IMG/VR virus record: IMGVR_UViG_3300050336_000030
DNA from: a virus
Taxonomy: Duplodnaviria; Caudoviricetes
Reading direction: 5' to 3' (one strand)
Length of the DNA stretch: 64,000 bases
Shown: piece by piece, positions 11,001 through 20,634 of the stretch
Numbering within the stretch: position 1 is the first letter of the stretch
Layout of the letters: every line of letters starts with the position of its first letter
The notes under the pieces: generated by a model
Told to the model about the DNA's origin: nothing
What the model saw: the letters and a program-made list of their open reading frames with translations, nothing else
Databases searched by the model: none
Translations under genes and position numbers: made by a program

Positions 11001-11054
11001 AGTTATATGAAACGATAAAAAGGTATTGCAATAGTGATAGATATATGATACAAT
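11001..11054 (+). promoter_or_regulatory. Early rightward sigma-A promoter with upstream operator
   Basis: AGTTATATGAAACG; TTGCAA(11026)-N17-TACAAT with extended TG. Confidence 0.7.
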
Positions 11055-11084
11055 AAAGATAGTTAAAGAAGAGGTAATCAATAA

Positions 11085-11131
11085 GGACTTTATGAACGGC
11101 ATACAATAGGATTCAAGTTCCTATAAGTCCA
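11085..11131 (+). ncRNA. tRNA-like mini-structure (acceptor stem, D-like arm and T arm; no anticodon arm)
   Basis: GGACTT/AAGTCC, TATG-AACGG-CATA, ATAGGA-TTCAAGT-TCCTAT. Confidence 0.55.
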
Positions 11132-11267
11132 CTCTAGGTTATAAAGTAGTAACCATACAATTAGAACGGATAGACAACGAGCGGACGGAATCACCTGTCA
11201 TAACGGTATGACTTACATAACCAAATTGAACGGCGGACACAATTACATAGAGATAGGAGGTGATACC

Positions 11268-11372
11268 ATGTATAACACTTCATTTGGTTTCCTTGCATAC
11301 GTTAACGGCAAATTAATGTTGTTTGCAAGCGAAGAAGAATACGAAGAATACATACAGGATAGCACCACCTAG
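11268..11372 (+). CDS. 34-aa small phage protein
   Basis: Strong RBS AGGAGGTG; MYNTSFGFLAYVNGKLMLFASEEEYEEYIQDSTT. Confidence 0.65.
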   Translation: MYNTSFGFLAYVNGKLMLFASEEEYEEYIQDSTT

Positions 11373-11440
11373 TAACATCTTAAACCGACATAAAGTATTA
11401 GTCAACTAGTTTCTGATAATACGATTCATAGTAACTATAA

Positions 11441-11770
11441 TAATAAGTCCTTAAAGTAATAATGGCACTTGGACGTTGAAAACTTCATCCATTCTGAAAT
11501 AGTGGTAACACATTATTCGCACATATAAATTAATGTGCATGGCTCTAGCTCTAATGTGTATGGTAACTATAAAACGTGTGAATCGTTTGTGTAAGTCGGG
11601 TAAATAACAGTTATATAAAACAAATACAGTAAAACAGTAATACAATGTATTTATACAATGCTAACAACTTATAACTGAAATAATCTAGGATAGCTGGATA
11701 CGAGTAGGATATACACGAAAGTATAGAGCATAAAACGAATAGCAAAAATTAATTGTTATGACTTGTTAGT
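11441..11770 (+). ncRNA. Candidate ~330-nt structured RNA or leader
   Basis: Closing stem AATAAGTC/GACTTGTT; internal stems ACACATTA/TAATGTGT, GCACAT/ATGTGC, CAGTTATA/TATAACTG, TATAC-ACGAAA-GTATA. Confidence 0.45.
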
Positions 11771-11809
11771 ATTCATATTTACATTGGAACTATAAACATT
11801 AATAAATTT

Positions 11810-12013
11810 ATGGAGGTAAACAGTATGGATAATTTAAGAATCTACAAATTAGCATATGAAAGACTATTACAGGAGTTAACTTTTGAGAAAAGCAAGCCAC
11901 AAACTGAATTAGTAAAGAACAAAGTTATTGAACTTGATAACGAGGTTATATGGCTTGATGAACAGATTAAAAAACTAGAATACGAGAAAAGTTTAGAATT
12001 TTGGTACAAATAA
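11810..12013 (+). CDS. Hypothetical phage protein
   Basis: ORF with GGAGG RBS before the second Met. Confidence 0.65.
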   Translation: MEVNSMDNLRIYKLAYERLLQELTFEKSKPQTELVKNKVIELDNEVIWLDEQIKKLEYEKSLEFWYK

Positions 12014-12028
12014 ATCTAACATTTTATA

Positions 12029-12271
12029 GTGATTATAGGAGGAAATAACATGGTAAAAAGAATTGAAACTAGGCTAAATTGTATGATTGATTGGTTAGAA
12101 AAGGAATCTATTGAGTATTCAAGAGAAGAGTTTAAAAAAGATGTTGAAAGAATGCAAGATGCAATAAATGAAGCATTATTCATTGATTTAATAACAGATA
12201 AGCAGTATTCAGAACTTACAGAATTAGTTAAAACAAAGTCTATTAAGTATTTTTTAAATAAATCAAATTAA
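12029..12271 (+). CDS. Hypothetical phage protein
   Basis: ORF; AGGAGG RBS before the internal Met. Confidence 0.65.
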   Translation: MIIGGNNMVKRIETRLNCMIDWLEKESIEYSREEFKKDVERMQDAINEALFIDLITDKQYSELTELVKTKSIKYFLNKSN

Positions 12272-12274
12272 GAA

Positions 12275-12345
12275 TTTATATGCAGAGTGGCAGAGGATAA
12301 AACCTCTGTTAATGCACTAGCTAAACGGTCACAAGTCCGATAAAC
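12275..12345 (+). ncRNA. Twister ribozyme, type P5
   Basis: GCAGAGTG-[GCAGAGG/CCTCTGT]-TAATGCAC...CGGTCACAAGTCCG; pseudoknots GTGG/TCAC and AC/GT; P5 TTTAT/ATAAA; predicted cleavage 12310^12311. Confidence 0.85.
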
Positions 12346-12376
12346 AAGGCACTACCATATTATAGGAGGTTGTACA

Positions 12377-13114
12377 ATGGCAAGTATAGATTTTATAAGT
12401 AAACGTATCCAAGGTAAACAAAAGGAAATTGACAAATTAAATAAGAAGCTTGAAAGAATTCAGAAAGCTAAACAATCTAATTGGGAAAAGAACCCTTATT
12501 ACTATAGCGAATATGATTTAAACAGTACAGAAAAGGAATTGAATTTTGCAATTAAACAGCTTGATAGTTTGCAATCTGATTTACAAACAGCAAACGAAAA
12601 AGCAAATAGCCGTAATGTATTAGCAATAACTCAATTTTTAGATGCTTGGTTACAAAGAAATATAGAATTCTACACAGAGGAAAAGGAAAAATATGATATA
12701 GCTTTATCTGACTACCGGCAGCATGATAGAGATTACTGTAATTGGTTTAATTCACTAAGACATAATGTAACGGTAGAGAAAAGAAAAGAAGTAGAAAAGA
12801 ATCACAAAGAGTATAGAACTAATTTTATTAAATCTTGGAATACACAATTTGACCACGGAACTAAAGAATGGCATGAAACAATGCATAACGATTTAAAAGA
12901 GGAATACAATCGTAAATACGATTATATAATCGAAAAGACAAACGAAATAGTAGGCGAAATTACAGACGCAAGCTATTTAACAGTAGACGCAAACGGAAAT
13001 TTAAACGGCTACATTATAGGAACAAGAGGAAAAGCAAACGTCAATACAATCGGTGCAGGTGGTTACAATATACAATGTTATCATTTCAGAACGCTAATTC
13101 ATGAAATTAAATAA
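12377..13114 (+). CDS. Hypothetical phage protein (coiled-coil N-terminus)
   Basis: 245-aa ORF, strong RBS. Confidence 0.75.
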   Translation: MASIDFISKRIQGKQKEIDKLNKKLERIQKAKQSNWEKNPYYYSEYDLNSTEKELNFAIKQLDSLQSDLQTANEKANSRNVLAITQFLDAWLQRNIEFYTEEKEKYDIALSDYRQHDRDYCNWFNSLRHNVTVEKRKEVEKNHKEYRTNFIKSWNTQFDHGTKEWHETMHNDLKEEYNRKYDYIIEKTNEIVGEITDASYLTVDANGNLNGYIIGTRGKANVNTIGAGGYNIQCYHFRTLIHEIK

Positions 13115-13169
13115 CAAAAGTAGTAATCAAACAATTATTTTATTCATAGTAAAGGAGAAATGAAACATT

Positions 13170-13427
13170 ATGATTAATATTGATACATGGGTTAGAGGAT
13201 ATAAAGTAAGGGCTTTTAATTGGGTAGATAACAATAGTATATATTTTAATGTACAATATTTTCAATCTGGTCAATCAATTAGTAAACCTCCTGTTTGGGA
13301 TAAAACAGTATATATTACAGATAATGAGGCTGGACAAAAGCTTATAAGAGAATTTTTAGATTCATTAGTTGAACATGTTGCAAAAATGCAAATTATAAAT
13401 GGTAATAAAGTAGTAATAACAGCATAG
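13170..13427 (+). CDS. Hypothetical phage protein
   Basis: RBS; bounded by 18-bp sites at 13126 and 13424. Confidence 0.7.
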   Translation: MINIDTWVRGYKVRAFNWVDNNSIYFNVQYFQSGQSISKPPVWDKTVYITDNEAGQKLIREFLDSLVEHVAKMQIINGNKVVITA

Positions 13428-13430
13428 AAA

Positions 13431-13646
13431 GTGCATTTTATGAAGTATAAGCAATATAAAACAATAACAGGAGGTAACACGATGTTATCATATGAAGAGA
13501 TCAATAAGAATCAAAAGGAAGACAAAAATTATATTGCAATCGGTGACAATGGAAAAGAATATACAGCTTCATGGGTAGTAAAATATCCGGCAATGTTTTT
13601 CTGTATTCCGTCAACCGTTGAAGTTATCGGTTATAAAGAAGCATAA
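13431..13646 (+). CDS. Hypothetical phage protein (likely start 13482)
   Basis: GGAGG RBS before MLSYEE. Confidence 0.6.
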   Translation: MHFMKYKQYKTITGGNTMLSYEEINKNQKEDKNYIAIGDNGKEYTASWVVKYPAMFFCIPSTVEVIGYKEA

Positions 13647-13756
13647 CTATTTAATATTTATATGTGCTTACAAGATATATAAAACGGCTTGTAAGTAGTT
13701 ATAAAGATTAAATGTAACTAATAAACAATCATATTAAATTATAGGAGGATTTTACA

Positions 13757-15475
13757 ATGATGAAAGATATTAACGGAATCGAATTACAAGAAGGTATGTT
13801 TTTAAAACTAACAGGATGTAAAGTAAAAAATGATAACAGTATTTATATTATAGCAGTAGATCAAAATACAAATGAGCAGTATACAAAAAGTAATTGCTAC
13901 ATTTTACACAAGGTAAACGCAAACGGAACAGAATCAAAAGCAAAATACAACTTATTATTTATTGATAAATGGTTATTTGAAAAGAATCCAGAGGTTAAGA
14001 TTGAAGTTGTAACAGATTTAAAACAGGCAGCAAAGGAAGTAAAAGAGTTTTTAAATGGTGTAATATCAATTGAAAAAGTTTATTCGTTTATTGATGCAGA
14101 TAATCAAACACTTAAAACATTAACAGCCGGACAGTATATCACATTTAAAAAACGCTTGCATTTACAAGGTAGAATGTATTCATTTTCAGGAACATATAAA
14201 CTAGATCATATTAGCAATCATGGAGAAAATATCTATAGTTTACATTTAGTTGGGGCAAAGGGTGAAACGGTATCATATAACGACAATAATAATTATCAGG
14301 GCAGACCTATTGTATTAAGTTTTAAAGAAAAATTAATGAATCAACTTTTTAATGAAGAATATGTAACAATTCAAGAACGCACAGAAACAACAAAAGGAGA
14401 ATTGCAAAAGGCAACAAAGGAAGAAATCAAAGACGAAGTAATAACAGAGCAGCCAAAAACAGTAACTGAAACTATTCCAGAAGTTGAAACAGCAACAGAA
14501 GAAGTTACAGAGAATAATACACAGCAAGAAGAAACAGCGGAACAAAATGAAGTTATAATAGTAGAAAGAAAGTATTTCCCTATTAATGAACAACTTGCAA
14601 AGTCAGCAAAAGGTATGTGGAGTTTTTCGGATTATACTCCAAACAGTACAACAAACAGCTATAAAAAATCAGTAGATGAAATATACGCCATTGTTGATAA
14701 AATAGCAGAACGAAAGCCGTCAAGAATATCAGAAGCCGAAACAATAGCAGAAAAATACTCTCGTAAATATGCAGAATGGATCAATAAAAGCAATCATATT
14801 GAAATGATGTGTCCCTCAGTTATGATATGTGGAGGATCAAATTTTCCGGTTAGAAAGAAAGAAAAACAGAATAGGGCAAGAGATAATCACCAGAAAGAAT
14901 TTGAGTATATTAACGGTTATATTTCAAAATTAGAAAATATATTAAACGGTAACGAAGTTATTAAGAGTGGAGACGCTGACGCAATCGAAAAATTACAAGA
15001 AAAATTAAAACAGTTTGAAGAACTACAAGAGACAATGAAACAAGTAAACGCATATTATCGTAAAAATGGATCTCTTGACGGATGTACGCTAATTAGTCAA
15101 AAAACCATTAACAGTATTAAGGATTTAATGATTAGAATTCCATATCATACGCAGCCATTTGCTAGTTATGAATTGACTAATAATAACGCAAGTATCAAAA
15201 ACACCAAACAGCGTTTAGAATCATTGCAGAAAGTAAAGGAAATAGGCACAAAGGAAACAATAAAAACGGAAGTTTGTCAAGTGGTAGAGAATAGCGAATT
15301 GATGCGTATTCAATTATTATTTGATAGTATTCCAGATGCAGAAACACGAAACATTTTAAAATCTAATGGTTTTAAATGGAGTCCAACAAATAAGGCATGG
15401 CAGCGACAATTGACCGATAATGCAAGATATAGCACAAAGAAAGTAATAGAACAATTAGAAAAACTATCAGCGTAA
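13757..15475 (+). CDS. Multidomain early phage protein, polyvalent-protein-like
   Basis: 572 aa; acidic linker; C-terminal PSVMICGGSNFP...LKSNGFKWSP..KAWQRQL segment typical of mobile elements. Confidence 0.65.
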   Translation: MMKDINGIELQEGMFLKLTGCKVKNDNSIYIIAVDQNTNEQYTKSNCYILHKVNANGTESKAKYNLLFIDKWLFEKNPEVKIEVVTDLKQAAKEVKEFLNGVISIEKVYSFIDADNQTLKTLTAGQYITFKKRLHLQGRMYSFSGTYKLDHISNHGENIYSLHLVGAKGETVSYNDNNNYQGRPIVLSFKEKLMNQLFNEEYVTIQERTETTKGELQKATKEEIKDEVITEQPKTVTETIPEVETATEEVTENNTQQEETAEQNEVIIVERKYFPINEQLAKSAKGMWSFSDYTPNSTTNSYKKSVDEIYAIVDKIAERKPSRISEAETIAEKYSRKYAEWINKSNHIEMMCPSVMICGGSNFPVRKKEKQNRARDNHQKEFEYINGYISKLENILNGNEVIKSGDADAIEKLQEKLKQFEELQETMKQVNAYYRKNGSLDGCTLISQKTINSIKDLMIRIPYHTQPFASYELTNNNASIKNTKQRLESLQKVKEIGTKETIKTEVCQVVENSELMRIQLLFDSIPDAETRNILKSNGFKWSPTNKAWQRQLTDNARYSTKKVIEQLEKLSA

Positions 15476-15573
15476 CAAGATAATATATCATGCACATTAT
15501 AGTTTTATACGTGTTATAATGTGCATGAATAAGTGTTAAAACAACAATTACATATAAATGGAGGTATGAAACT

Positions 15574-15900
15574 ATGAAAAGATTATTTAAGAAAAACACA
15601 TGTTTTAACTGGAGCGAGATCAAGATTATTGATACCGAGGAAAACACATTTACACAGTATTTACAAGATAACGAAATTGGATTTATTTTCTCTAAATCAA
15701 CAGACACACTTGAAAAAATGTTTTATTCATCGGCAGATGATTGTATTAAGAGATTAACAGAACGTGGTATTCTAGGAACGGAAGTAGACTATGAACAACA
15801 AATTGAATCAGAAAGAATCGGTCAGATAAGGTTGAAATCAGAGCAAGAAAGAATTAAAAAGAATCCGTTAGAATATAAACAGCGTATAGCCGCATTGTAG
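15574..15900 (+). CDS. Hypothetical phage protein
   Basis: GGAGG RBS, 108 aa. Confidence 0.7.
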   Translation: MKRLFKKNTCFNWSEIKIIDTEENTFTQYLQDNEIGFIFSKSTDTLEKMFYSSADDCIKRLTERGILGTEVDYEQQIESERIGQIRLKSEQERIKKNPLEYKQRIAAL

Positions 15901-15919
15901 GGAAAGAGAGGTAAACAGA

Positions 15920-17313
15920 ATGACAGTAGAACAGACAAATAGAATTAACATTACGCTTGATAGAGCAATAGAGCAGAATAAAATTGACAATAAAACAGAT
16001 GCAGTTATAACAGAAAATAAAGACGGTTTAGCTTTACTTAATTGGAAGAATTCAAGACGAAGTTTTTGTTTTACAATATTTCAGGATGGATCAATTCATA
16101 GCGGAAAATTTGGAATGTGGCAATAAAATTTTATAACTTAAAATTGTAATTTCATGTGGTGTCATAGGACACAGAAAGAAGGATATTATGGAAATTAAAA
16201 TAAACGAAACTTACACATTTAATCATAAGGAAGGAAATGTATTAGAAAAATATGATGGAACACAATGTAAGATAATTAGTAAAGATAACATGCATAATGA
16301 TATGTATTTTGCAGAAATGTGTGATGGTAGAAAAATTCAAGTTTACACAAAAGAATTAAGCAGATAGAAAATAGATTTTATAAGCCTTTAAAAGCTAGAA
16401 AGTAGGTTAATATGGAAATAAATTTTAATAAAAATGTTCCAAAGGAAATAGAAAAAAGAACGATTGAAAATATAGAAGTATATAAATTAAGTCTTGGAGA
16501 CGCATTTGAAGAAGCTGTAAGGGAACTTGCTAAGAAAGGTACTAAATTATGGAAAGCTTGGTATTATAGCGATTTTAGAGAATATCTTCCTGAAATATAT
16601 CGAAAAGAATATCTTGATTTTAGTAAGTATCCGTTAAAGTATTAATAACAAATAAATATGAACCAAAGACGGTTTTTATCAAGAAAGGAGATAATAATAT
16701 GACAGTTAAACAGGCAGCGAAAGGTGTAGTGTCAAATATAGGAACAAGAACTTATGATATAGATTTTATTAACAGCGATGGTGAAGTTGATGAAACACAG
16801 TTTGATGCAAAAGGAACTGAAGAACTGAGTGAAATATATTCAGAATTCTGTAAAGAAAATGGATTTAAATCTAACACCGTTATTAGTATTACTGATGTAT
16901 AAAATTATTTAATTATAATTAACATTAAAACAGGTTTTATATAGTTAGGAGTTTGGTATATGGGAGCAAATAAGGGAAAGCAAAATATTAGAATGAAAAG
17001 AGTTTGCGAAAGGGTAGCAAATAAAACAACTTATAAGGGATTAACAGAGCAGGAAGTAAAATACGTCAAAACAGTAAGGCAGCATCAACAAATAGAAAAG
17101 GATTTGAATTATTTTTATGCTACCTGTAAAAGAACAGAAACAGGTCAAGTAGACTGGGATTCAATGGACGATAAAGAACTTGATTACTTTGACTATATTT
17201 ACAAGTTATCAGAACGTTTATACAAAAGAAAATCTAATATGGAAGAAAAGTTTGACGGTGACAAGGTTATGAAAAGTTTTCTACAAATAAATAATAGGAG
17301 CATAAGTTTCTAA
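15920..17313 (+). other. Array of small hypothetical genes (15920-16126, 16188-16367, 16412-16645, 16699-16902, 16960-17313)
   Basis: Co-oriented ORFs with RBS; junction sites at 16138, 16364, 16662. Confidence 0.65.
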
Positions 17314-17344
17314 ATAGTCAAACTAGAATCGGGAGGTAAACACA

Positions 17345-17643
17345 ATGGAAGAAGTTAAAGAAACGTTAGATTATGACGTACTAGTAAAATGCAATAACTA
17401 AGGAGATTATACAACATAAAACCAATATTAGAATTTGAACTAAACAGAAAATACAATACAAAGCTTAACCGATATGAATTAAAAGTAAATAAAGAAAGCG
17501 TGAGATATATTAATATGAAACTAACAGAAGAACAGAAACAGCATAATATTAAAGAGGGTATAAATAAATTAGTTTCCATAGTACTAGAAAAAATAATATT
17601 AGACGGAGGACTAAACAATGTTAAGCAAAATAAAAACACTTGA
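17345..17643 (+). pseudogene. Frameshifted hypothetical gene
   Basis: GGAGG+ATG frame stops after 18 codons; a second frame (LRRLYNIKPILEFEL...) runs open to TGA 17643. Confidence 0.5.
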
Positions 17644-17887
17644 AACAGCAAATAATATTTATCAGTTTAGTTATAAGGTAACGGAGAAGACTACATACGA
17701 GCAGCGCCAGGAACAGAAAGAGGAATTGTTATATCAGATTAAACAGAAAGCAATAGGAGGATCACTTGTTATACTTGGTTTTATTCCTTTCTTGGCTTCT
17801 CATATGTTAATATCATTTACATTAGGGGCGATACCTCTGTTAATCGGAATAGCTTTAATATTAACAAAAGAACATGTAACAGGGTGA
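17618..17887 (+). CDS. Small membrane protein (2 TM)
   Basis: Hydrophobic C-terminal half; GGAGG RBS. Confidence 0.7.
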   Translation: MLSKIKTLETANNIYQFSYKVTEKTTYEQRQEQKEELLYQIKQKAIGGSLVILGFIPFLASHMLISFTLGAIPLLIGIALILTKEHVTG

Positions 17888-17985
17888 AATTATTAATAGA
17901 AATATGAAACAAATAATTGACTTTTGGATATAATAATACTACAATATAGGTAATAGATATATACAACATAAAGGAGACGGTAATT

Positions 17986-18435
17986 ATGATAAAAGAAATA
18001 GTAAAGAACACAGAACAACTACAAAAGAAGTGCAGAACAGCATCAGCAAAAGAAGATTTACATATCATTAAAAATTTAATTGATACCGCTAATGATGCAA
18101 ATAAACCACCGGAAACAGAAAACGATGTTCAACGTGGATGCTGTGGGTTAGCTGCGAATCAAATAGGATACGATAAACGGATTGTCATAGTATCAGTTGG
18201 AAAAGATAAATGGATTCCATTAATTAATCCAATGATTACTTTTAAATCAAAAGAACGGCATGAGTCAATCGAGGGTTGTATGTCACTTGATGGAGAAAGA
18301 ACAGTTCAAAGGCATGATACAATAAAGGTTAAATTTCAACAATCAAACGGTAAGTTTTCAGAGTTTAGATGTCATGATTTTTTAGCAACAGTAATACAAC
18401 ATGAAATTGATCATCTTGATGGAAAGTTGATATAA
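17986..18435 (+). CDS. def: Peptide deformylase
   Basis: GCCGLAANQIG, EGCMS, QHEIDHLDG motifs. Confidence 0.93.
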   Translation: MIKEIVKNTEQLQKKCRTASAKEDLHIIKNLIDTANDANKPPETENDVQRGCCGLAANQIGYDKRIVIVSVGKDKWIPLINPMITFKSKERHESIEGCMSLDGERTVQRHDTIKVKFQQSNGKFSEFRCHDFLATVIQHEIDHLDGKLI

Positions 18436-18496
18436 TAATTAATTGAAAATGACTGGAAAATGTAGTAAGATTTAAATAAAAATATTATTACATAAG

Positions 18497-18772
18497 ATGG
18501 TAAAATTAAAGTTATTTTTAAGGATGTATATGAGAAAATATGATATTAAAACTAAAGATTTAAAGCTTATTAGAGAAATGGAAATAAAGGTATCTCTTAG
18601 AACAGCTAGTGAATCAGAAAAAATATGTGTTGAATTATATCGTAGGTTTATAGATTTAGAAAAAGATGTTGTTAAAAATCCAATTGGAACTAAGGAAGAG
18701 ATTGATAAAGAACTAGAAGAAGAAATATATAATTATGGTGGAATGCTATATATTGGAAAAATAGAAAAATAA
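18497..18772 (+). CDS. Hypothetical protein
   Basis: ORF only. Confidence 0.5.
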   Translation: MVKLKLFLRMYMRKYDIKTKDLKLIREMEIKVSLRTASESEKICVELYRRFIDLEKDVVKNPIGTKEEIDKELEEEIYNYGGMLYIGKIEK

Positions 18773-18862
18773 AGAAAGACATATTGCCAGAGTTATTAAG
18801 TTTGCAGAATCAAATGTAATGTAAACTAATTACTTTTCTGTTTATGAAAAGAAGGTGAAAAT

Positions 18863-19126
18863 ATGATACCATGTAAGAGATGTGGACTTTGTTGCATTAT
18901 AGAATTGTGTTCAAAAGGAAGAAGAAAAGATAAAACGAAAAAGGGAAATTGTAAATATTTAATTCATAATAATGATGGAACTACATCATGTAAATTAATA
19001 CTTGAAAATAAAATGAAAAATAGCGCTATAGAATTTGAACAAGGGTGTGTTTTTCAGGAAGATTATCCGCATTTGTATGAATTTTATAGTGAAACTATTT
19101 TAGCAAATAATCAAATTAAAAGCTGA
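18863..19126 (+). CDS. CxxCxxCC (YkgJ-like) cysteine-cluster protein
   Basis: CKRCGLCC...CKYL...C. Confidence 0.6.
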   Translation: MIPCKRCGLCCIIELCSKGRRKDKTKKGNCKYLIHNNDGTTSCKLILENKMKNSAIEFEQGCVFQEDYPHLYEFYSETILANNQIKS

Positions 19127-19185
19127 ATTTGCCATAATAGGTGTAAACCAAATATTGATTCTATAAGGTGAAAGGGGAGGTTTAA

Positions 19186-19485
19186 ATGCAAATAGGTGAT
19201 ATTTACAGTGGGTATCCTTACAGTATTATGATATGTAGAATTGGCGATGATTCAGTAGATGTTATACCAATTACGGCAGACAAAAACAAAATAGATAGAC
19301 TAAATAATAATTGCTATTCAGAATTTATGTTAAATAATCGTAAAGAGTACGCTTTATTGCATTTAGTAGAAACGATTGAAAATATCCATTCAACAAAATT
19401 AGATAGTGTTGGGAAAGACATTTATAATCAGATTTTAAATGATTATGCATTTAAGATGTTGGGCGTCAAAATTGTGGTAAAATGA
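19186..19485 (+). CDS. Divergent PemK/MazF-like protein
   Basis: GDIY, VDVIPIT, YALLHLVETI pattern resembles the PemK fold; the RP catalytic motif is absent. Confidence 0.4.
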   Translation: MQIGDIYSGYPYSIMICRIGDDSVDVIPITADKNKIDRLNNNCYSEFMLNNRKEYALLHLVETIENIHSTKLDSVGKDIYNQILNDYAFKMLGVKIVVK

Positions 19486-19511
19486 TTATTTTATAAGGAG
19501 AGTGTTTAACA

Positions 19512-19853
19512 ATGACATATAATTCTGATATCAAAAATGAATATATTAAATTATCAGGGTTTAAACTTGAAACAAAAGAAATACTTTCATATTTATTTAG
19601 TAAATCAGGAGAAATAGAAAGATCACTAGATAAAGATTTATATGAATTTGAGGTATCTGATATAAAAACATTATTAAATGATTTAAAGTTAAAGTCAAGA
19701 GAAACATTAGAAACAGCATGTGTAATGTTTACTAATTATTACGATTGGTATTGGATTGACTATATGAATGTAGATGTTAGCGGAACGGAAAATCCTTTCA
19801 ACGAAGAAATCGTTAAACCAATAATACAAAGAATATATTTAAAAGCGTTATAG
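19512..19853 (+). CDS. Stand-alone paralog of the MrpR/YopR N-terminal domain
   Basis: Aligns by eye with the 34784 N-terminus (K..Y...T.E.....F..S...E.....DL..F......L......KS..TL......F..YY.W). Confidence 0.65.
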   Translation: MTYNSDIKNEYIKLSGFKLETKEILSYLFSKSGEIERSLDKDLYEFEVSDIKTLLNDLKLKSRETLETACVMFTNYYDWYWIDYMNVDVSGTENPFNEEIVKPIIQRIYLKAL

Positions 19854-19890
19854 AATGAACAATCTATTCAGATTTTAGGAGGAAATTAAC

Positions 19891-20208
19891 ATGGATATAA
19901 TGAAACTTTATACAAGATTAACTGAAACATACAAAACATTACAAGCAGGTTTAGAGGGAGAATTTGATGGTTATAAAAATACAGATGAACAGCCGGACGC
20001 AAGATTAACAGAAGCTAGTATAAAATTAGAAGACATTATGAATGATTTATTGGATGAAATTACAAATGAAGCAGCCAGTAATTCATTAAAAATTGACATT
20101 GGAGAATGTAACATGAATTATGAATCTGGTAAACTTACAATTCCTAAAAATGAAAAAATTGATAAACTAGATAAAGAACATATAAAATGGGGAACAAAAA
20201 ATAAATAA
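19891..20208 (+). CDS. Hypothetical protein
   Basis: AGGAGG RBS. Confidence 0.7.
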   Translation: MDIMKLYTRLTETYKTLQAGLEGEFDGYKNTDEQPDARLTEASIKLEDIMNDLLDEITNEAASNSLKIDIGECNMNYESGKLTIPKNEKIDKLDKEHIKWGTKNK

Positions 20209-20325
20209 TACTCTCCATCGTGACAGCGAAATATGGCTGTAGACGCAAAGTTACACGATGGATTGACATTAATAATAATTAATAGTCATATTATTAATTA
20301 AATAATTATGAAAGGAATTATTATT

Positions 20326-20505
20326 ATGGGAGTTTTAGAATTTATTATTGCACTAATAGTTGCTTTTGGTTCTGTCTTTGTTCTTACTACACTTATAGCT
20401 GTAGGATTTAAAGATGAAACAATAGCCATAATTAATGCAATAAAAGGTAAGGAAACTATTAATACAGAAGAAAATATAATTAGTAAAGATGAAATAGAAA
20501 CATAA
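20326..20505 (+). CDS. Small single-TM peptide
   Basis: Hydrophobic N-terminus; AAAGGA RBS. Confidence 0.55.
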   Translation: MGVLEFIIALIVAFGSVFVLTTLIAVGFKDETIAIINAIKGKETINTEENIISKDEIET

Positions 20506-20579
20506 TCTCGACTAGACGAGTATAAACAGGCATTAGGTCTAGTGCGCCACACCTGTAATAACATCAGGTGTGGGTTGTT
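20506..20579 (+). ncRNA. Pistol ribozyme
   Basis: CTCG-ACTAGA-CGAG, TATAAACA, pseudoknot ACTAGA/TCTAGT, GCG, P3 CCACACCTG/CAGGTGTGG, P2 GGCA/TGTT; predicted cleavage G20574^U20575. Confidence 0.9.
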
Positions 20580-20634
20580 AGATTATTAATCAATTAACTG
20601 TCTGTATTGGAAAAATAGAAAGGATGTGAGTTAT

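Noticed and set aside
11085-11131. Bona fide tRNA gene
   Set aside because: Only 47 nt with no anticodon arm; kept as a tRNA-like element.
20214-20262. c-di-GMP-I riboswitch suggested by GACGCAAAG
   Set aside because: Lacks the GGCAAA/GNRA P2 and the P3 receptor architecture.
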